Source: Phycisphaerales bacterium (lineage in GTDB: Bacteria; Planctomycetota; Phycisphaerae; Phycisphaerales; UBA1924). Taken from it: a stretch of 64,000 bases of DNA. The stretch covers positions 15,185 through 79,184 of the forward strand of contig JBJXEW010000016.1 in assembly GCA_046156035.1 (NCBI GenBank), given 5' to 3'. The stretch's first letter is position 1. Every line of letters starts with the position of its first letter. The notes beneath the pieces are model-generated. The model was not told the origin of the DNA and did not search any database. It saw nothing but the letters and a program-made list of their open reading frames with translations. Made by a program: the position numbers and the translations under genes. Shown in pieces: positions 59,599 through 64,000 of this stretch.

Positions 59599-61506
59599 AT
59601 GACCAGCAGCAACCAGAGCGGCGCGTCCGTGCTCATCACCCTGGCCACGATCCTTGCAGGCGTCGCCACCTTGTATCTCGGTCGCGACCTGCTCATGCCT
59701 TTGGCGATTGCCGGCCTGATCGCCTTCTGCCTCGCGCCCATGGTCCGCCGCCTGGAAAAGCGCCGCGTGCCACGCATCGCGGCGGTGGTCATCGTCAGCC
59801 TCGGCGCTCTGGTGCCGTTGGCGGGTGTCGGTTGGGTCGTGGTGGCGCAAGGGTCCTCCGTCGTCGCCGACCTGCCCACGTACAAAGAATCGTTGCAGAA
59901 GAAACTCAACGGGCTGCGGCGAGCGCTCGCCGACCTTGGTCAGGCCGCGGACACGGTGAACGAACTCGAGCGGAGCATCTCCGCCCCCCTTCCCACCCCC
60001 CTGCCCGACGCGCCCGCCGCGGCGGACCCGCCCGACGCGCTCGCCGTTCAGCCGGCCTCGCCGGCTCCCGCGCCTTCACCGGCGGCGCTCCCCCCCAACA
60101 ACCCCACCGCCCCGACGGGAGCACTGACCGCTCTGGCCGGTGGTGCCGCGGCCGTGCTGGCCCCGCTGGCCATGATCGGCGTGGTCCTCATCATCGTTCC
60201 GTTCATTCTTCTGGAGCGTGAAGACCTGCGCGACCGCTTCGTGGCCCTGCTGAACCGGCGGCGGCCGATTGTCACCAGCACGGCCCTGGACGAAATCGCC
60301 GATCGCGTCAGCGGCTATCTGCGCGCGCAACTCCTCATCAACACCTGCAGCGGCATCGCGATGGCCCTGGCGCTCATGGCCTTGGGCGTGCCCAACGCCC
60401 TGCTCTGGGGCCTCCTGGCGATCGGCCTGCGCTTTATCCCCTACGTCGGGCCGATTGTGGCCTCCGTGCTCCCCGTCGCCACCGCCCTGGTCGTTGCGGA
60501 CGGCTGGCTGCTCCCCGCGCTCGTTCTGGGTGCGCTCCTGACCATCGAATCCCTCACGAACCTCTCCGAACCCTTCGTGCAGAAGTCCTCGACCGGCGTC
60601 AGCAGCCTGGCGCTTCTCCTGGCCGCGGCGTTCTGGTCGTGGGTGTGGGGTGTGCCCGGGCTCCTCGTCTCAACGCCGCTCACCGTCTGCCTGGTTGTCG
60701 CGGGCCAGCACGCGCGGCCGCTCCGTTGGCTGCGCATCCTGCTCTCCGAAACGCCCCCGCTCACACCCGCCGAGCGCCTCTACCAGCGCCTCATCGCGGC
60801 CGAGCCGACCGATGCGGCGCGCCTGGCCACTGAGTTCGGCACCGGGATGCCGCTCGCCGATTTGGGCGACACGCTCCTGGGCCCGGCCCTGGTTGCCGCC
60901 CGCACCGATGCCGAGCGCGACGACCTCGACCCTGACCGCGCGCGGGCCATGGCCTACACCGTCTGCGCTGTGTGCGAAGAACTCGCGCTGCGCCTCCCCG
61001 TCCTTGCCACCACGACCCCGCCAACACCGGGCCGCGGCGTGGTGCTGTGCATCCCCGCCGGTGACGAGATTGACGAGGCGGCCTGCGTGGTCCTAGCCAC
61101 CCTGCTGGCCAGCGCCGGGCTCCCGGCCCGGGCGATCTCTCCCAGCGAGTTCGACACCGATCTGGTGCCGGTGCTTGCCGCGCACACGCCGCGCACGCTC
61201 TGCGTCGTGGCCGTGGGGGCGGCCACAACCAATTGGGCGCGCCGACGGGTCCGCCAGTGCACGCTGCGCGTGCCGGAGGCCGCGGTGTGGGCGCTGCTGC
61301 TGGGGGCTGACGCCGAGCAACCCACCGACACCGAGGCAGTCCGGCGCGCAGGCGCACAACGCGCGTTCACCACCTTCCGCGCAGCCGTGGCCGATCTGCT
61401 GGCCAACGCGGCCCCCGGGCACCCGCAGCCGGCCGCGCCGCCCGGCGACCCGGTGCCCGCGCCGATGACACGGCGCATGGCGCACGGCGAGCACGTTTCG
61501 CCTTGA
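59599..61506 (+). CDS. AI-2E family (PerM/UPF0118) transporter with extended C-terminal cytoplasmic region
   Basis: ATG 59599. The multi-TM core has LLMPLAIAGLIAFCLAPMV, RFIPYVGPIVA, SSLALLLAAAFWSWVWGVPGLLVSTPLT. About 250 extra C-terminal residues follow. Confidence 0.8.
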   Translation: MTSSNQSGASVLITLATILAGVATLYLGRDLLMPLAIAGLIAFCLAPMVRRLEKRRVPRIAAVVIVSLGALVPLAGVGWVVVAQGSSVVADLPTYKESLQKKLNGLRRALADLGQAADTVNELERSISAPLPTPLPDAPAAADPPDALAVQPASPAPAPSPAALPPNNPTAPTGALTALAGGAAAVLAPLAMIGVVLIIVPFILLEREDLRDRFVALLNRRRPIVTSTALDEIADRVSGYLRAQLLINTCSGIAMALALMALGVPNALLWGLLAIGLRFIPYVGPIVASVLPVATALVVADGWLLPALVLGALLTIESLTNLSEPFVQKSSTGVSSLALLLAAAFWSWVWGVPGLLVSTPLTVCLVVAGQHARPLRWLRILLSETPPLTPAERLYQRLIAAEPTDAARLATEFGTGMPLADLGDTLLGPALVAARTDAERDDLDPDRARAMAYTVCAVCEELALRLPVLATTTPPTPGRGVVLCIPAGDEIDEAACVVLATLLASAGLPARAISPSEFDTDLVPVLAAHTPRTLCVVAVGAATTNWARRRVRQCTLRVPEAAVWALLLGADAEQPTDTEAVRRAGAQRAFTTFRAAVADLLANAAPGHPQPAAPPGDPVPAPMTRRMAHGEHVSP

Positions 61507-61678
61507 ACCTGGCGCTGGCCGTGCGCACAGCAGATCGGGGCGAGGCCGGGCACATTTCCCCGATCCGTTGCCGTTCGCCGCGTGAGCCTTGCTTACCCCG
61601 CGCAGCGGAGTATGGTCAAGGTGCAGGCGGGATGCACGCGGCCTCTCCCCAACAAGAAGCGCGATGGAAGGACAGCAC

Positions 61679-61840
61679 ATGCAACCAGCCACGACAACGG
61701 CACGGACATTCCAGATCGATGGAATGTCCGGCGATGCCTGTGTACGGAAGGCGCACACCGCGCTCAAAGGCCTTGATGGCATACGTCCACAGTCGGTCAT
61801 GGGTGACTTGCCCGGCAAGCGGTCGAAGGAGTACTTCTGA
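61679..61840 (+). CDS. small degenerate/truncated HMA (heavy-metal-associated)-like ORF
   Basis: ATG 61679 with GGAAGGA upstream. TFQIDGMSGDACVRKAHTALKGLDGI resembles V.GM.C..C......L..L.GV but has Ser in place of the first Cys, and it ends after about 53 aa. Its stop overlaps the next start (TGATG). Confidence 0.3.
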   Translation: MQPATTTARTFQIDGMSGDACVRKAHTALKGLDGIRPQSVMGDLPGKRSKEYF

Positions 61841-62004
61841 TGGGATTGATTCTGTTGATCCTCCTCATCCTCCTCCTCGTCGGCGGGCTGCCCACCTGGG
61901 GCTACAGCCGCAAGTGGGGTTACGGCCCCAGCGGCGGCCTCGGCCTCCTGCTCCTGATCCTGGTGGTGCTGCTCGTGCTGAACGTGATCCCGCGCGGCTT
62001 CTAG
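61840..62004 (+). CDS. DUF3309-family small membrane protein (54 aa, below the ORF-track cutoff)
   Basis: Manual translation gives MGLILLILLILLLVGGLPTWGYSRKWGYGPSGGLGLLLLILVVLLVLNVIPRGF. The GGLPTW.YSR.WGYGPSGGLG core is the family signature. Confidence 0.7.
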   Translation: MGLILLILLILLLVGGLPTWGYSRKWGYGPSGGLGLLLLILVVLLVLNVIPRGF

Positions 62005-62087
62005 CCCGCGGCCAGCCATGACATCGCCCTCCGCCGGTGGGCATCACGCTCACCGCCGCTCTGTCTCTTCGCGCGAATGAAGGCACC

Positions 62088-62321
62088 ATGTCTACGCCAC
62101 TGAATACGCCCGCCTGTGCCCCCTCCTCTGTACCGCTTGATACAAGCGCGGCCTCTCGCACGCCCATCGCACCCGATCAGGCCATCCGCGACGCGGCGAA
62201 CAACATGGTGAGCGAAGGCAACGCGTCGTCCGCCATCACCCGCCGCGTCAGCGCCATCGACACGCAGGCCATGGCCGAGAGTCGCAAGGGGGCCGGAATG
62301 CATCCGCCCTCACCGTCCTGA
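62088..62321 (+). CDS. small hypothetical protein
   Basis: ATG 62088 preceded by GAAGG. 77 aa (MSTPLNTPACAPSS...DQAIRDAANNMVSEGNAS...). No family recognised. Confidence 0.3.
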   Translation: MSTPLNTPACAPSSVPLDTSAASRTPIAPDQAIRDAANNMVSEGNASSAITRRVSAIDTQAMAESRKGAGMHPPSPS

Positions 62322-62406
62322 TCCCCGACGCCGCGCTCCGGCACGCTCTCCCGCCCGATAGCCACACCTACGCCCCGCTCCTGCGCGGCAGAATCGAGAT
62401 TCTTCA

Positions 62407-62850
62407 ATGCACACCACCCGCCTCATCGCCCCCCTGTTTCTCCTGACTCTGGCGTCGATCACCGGTTGCGATCGCAAGGAAGCCTCCGCTGCCGCCAGCC
62501 GCGACACAACGCAGGCAACGGCGAGCACGAACACCACGGCCCCAACACCGGCCGCAGACAACACCGCCCGCAACAAGTCCGACGCTGGCGCGGACACCAA
62601 GACCCCGATGGACCAGTCGCAGGCCAGCGCCGACATCGACATCACCGCCAACATCCGGCGCGCCATCATGAACGACAAGGCCATGTCCATCAATGCCCAA
62701 AACTGCAAGATCATCACCGAGAAGGCCGGCATGGTCACGCTCAGGGGCGTGGTGAACAGCCAGGCTGAGAAGGATTCCATCGAGGCCAAGGCCAAGGCGG
62801 TTGCCGGCGTCGCCAAGGTCGACAACCAACTCGAAGTGAAGGCCAACTAA
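62407..62850 (+). CDS. BON-domain lipoprotein (OsmY-like)
   Basis: Lipobox LTLASITGC, then a low-complexity linker. The BON domain is DIDITANIRRAIMNDKAMSINAQNCKIITEKAGMVTLRGVVNSQAEKDSIEAKAKAVAGVAKVDNQLEV. Confidence 0.85.
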   Translation: MHTTRLIAPLFLLTLASITGCDRKEASAAASRDTTQATASTNTTAPTPAADNTARNKSDAGADTKTPMDQSQASADIDITANIRRAIMNDKAMSINAQNCKIITEKAGMVTLRGVVNSQAEKDSIEAKAKAVAGVAKVDNQLEVKAN

Positions 62851-62905
62851 CCGCCGTCCGTCTCTTCCCGCCCGCGGCACCGCGTCCAGCACGAAAGTCG
62901 CTTGC

Positions 62906-63397
62906 ATGCCCGAGCCCACCGCCACGCCCGCACCGACACCGCCGCCGCTCCAGGCCGATGCGCCCAGGGTGGTGGTCGTGCACACAGGTCCCGCAGATGC
63001 GCCGCCGGTGGGGTTGGCGAGCGCGGCGACATTCGCCGATCGTCTCGTCGAGCGCGATGCCAAGGCCGATAGCAGCATCCCCACCCCGCGCGTCGATCGC
63101 GTGCAGGACGAAGTGATGACAGCCACCTCACCAGAAGGCCGGCCGCCCACCAGGCACGTGCGCCGGGCCGAGTGGAAGTGGTTCCTCATCGGTGGCAGCG
63201 TCCTGGCGCTGGCCGCCGTCGTCTGGGCCGTCTCCAGCAGCGTGCCTTGGCCCACGCTCCTCTTCGTCGCGGCCCTCCTGATCCTCTTCCTTGGCGCGGC
63301 CATCCCCACATGGGGTGCCGGCCTTCTGCGCGGCGGCGAGGAACGCCAGGCCCGCAAGGTTGCCCTCCTGACAACACCCCGTGACCGCCCCACCTGA
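62906..63397 (+). CDS. hypothetical membrane protein
   Basis: 163 aa. Pro-rich N-terminus and two hydrophobic segments (WFLIGGSVLALAAVVWAV; LLFVAALLILFLGAAIP). Confidence 0.45.
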   Translation: MPEPTATPAPTPPPLQADAPRVVVVHTGPADAPPVGLASAATFADRLVERDAKADSSIPTPRVDRVQDEVMTATSPEGRPPTRHVRRAEWKWFLIGGSVLALAAVVWAVSSSVPWPTLLFVAALLILFLGAAIPTWGAGLLRGGEERQARKVALLTTPRDRPT

Positions 63398-63480
63398 TCG
63401 CCTTTCACATTGATCTTTCCGGGCTCTCAAACAGCCCATCGCCCACCACATTCAGCACCCCCGAATAGAGGAGTTTCAGA

Positions 63481-64000
63481 ATGAGCACCGCCGTCTTCTG
63501 CATCGCACCCACCCAGTCCATCGCCAACAACATTGTCTCGCGCCTCAAGGGCGAGGGCTTCCGTGACAACGACATCTCCGTCCTCTTCCCCGACAAGTCC
63601 AGCACGCGAGACTTCGCCCACGAGAAGAACACCAAGGCCCCCGAAGGCGCCACCGCCGGCGCTGGCGCGGGCGGTGTCATCGGCGGGGCTCTGGGCCTGC
63701 TCGCCGGCATCGGCCTCCTCGCCATCCCCGGTGTCGGCCCGTTCATCGCGGCCGGGCCCATCATGGCCTCGCTCAGCGGCATCGCCGTCGGAGCCGCCGT
63801 CGGCGGCATCACGGGCGCGCTCATCGGCATGGGCATCCCCGAGATCGAGGCCAAGCGATACGAGGGCAAGGTGAAGGACGGCAACATCCTCATCTCCGTC
63901 CACGCCGAGACTTCAGACCACGTCTCACGCGCCAAGAAGGTGTTCGAAACCGAGCAGGCCACCGACATCTCGGCTGGCTCCGAGGCCACCGCCCCGGCCG
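63481..64000 (+). CDS. stress-protein-like membrane protein (YflT/DUF1269-like N-domain plus glycine-zipper segments), 3' end beyond window
   Basis: ATG 63481 with GAGGAG RBS, open to the window edge. MSTAVFCIAPTQSIANNIVSRLKGEGFRDNDISVLFPDK..., GGVIGGALGLLAGIG...GAAVGGITGALIGMGIPEIEAKRYEGKVKDGNILISVH. Confidence 0.6.
   Translation, partial: MSTAVFCIAPTQSIANNIVSRLKGEGFRDNDISVLFPDKSSTRDFAHEKNTKAPEGATAGAGAGGVIGGALGLLAGIGLLAIPGVGPFIAAGPIMASLSGIAVGAAVGGITGALIGMGIPEIEAKRYEGKVKDGNILISVHAETSDHVSRAKKVFETEQATDISAGSEATAPA

Overview
Visibly very GC-rich bacterial chromosomal segment, densely coded on both strands, and mostly housekeeping. It carries the mutS 5' part, aspS, the nusA-infB-DUF503-rbfA block, yebC, clpX, rpe, accD, lnt, argJ, dsbD, sppA, an LptD-like gene, tRNA-Gly(GCC) and tRNA-Asp(GUC). 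Accessory modules sit between these genes. An M1 peptidase ending in a Gly-Cys dockerin-like tail, a PEP-CTERM-like sorting tail, Tat-signal enzymes and an LptD homologue fit a Planctomycetota/Phycisphaerae-like diderm, but I cannot verify the lineage. No rRNA, CRISPR array, transposase or integrase gene was seen. The many long ORFs antisense to real genes are high-GC shadow ORFs. Points most worth follow-up: (1) a complete DUF559 (Vsr-like endonuclease) cassette, flanked by ~37-bp inverted repeats, sits in-frame inside the HMG-CoA lyase gene, and a near-identical solo repeat arm lies 42 kb away. (2) An orphan ParA-type ATPase is fused to a C-terminal glycogen-binding (CBM48/AMPK-beta-like) domain and is followed by a protein that reads like a P-loop-less ParA/MinD relative. 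(3) An atypical type IV pilus-like operon links a PilT-type ATPase directly to a PilC platform, two prepilin-like genes with Ala at -1, and a 939-aa PilX_N-anchored protein. Two CTGACA-N6-TGTCAG palindromes lie upstream of it. (4) Several families of short tandem GGCAC-containing repeats start a few nucleotides after stop codons in the sense orientation. (5) A G11 homopolymer lies inside the mutS reading frame.
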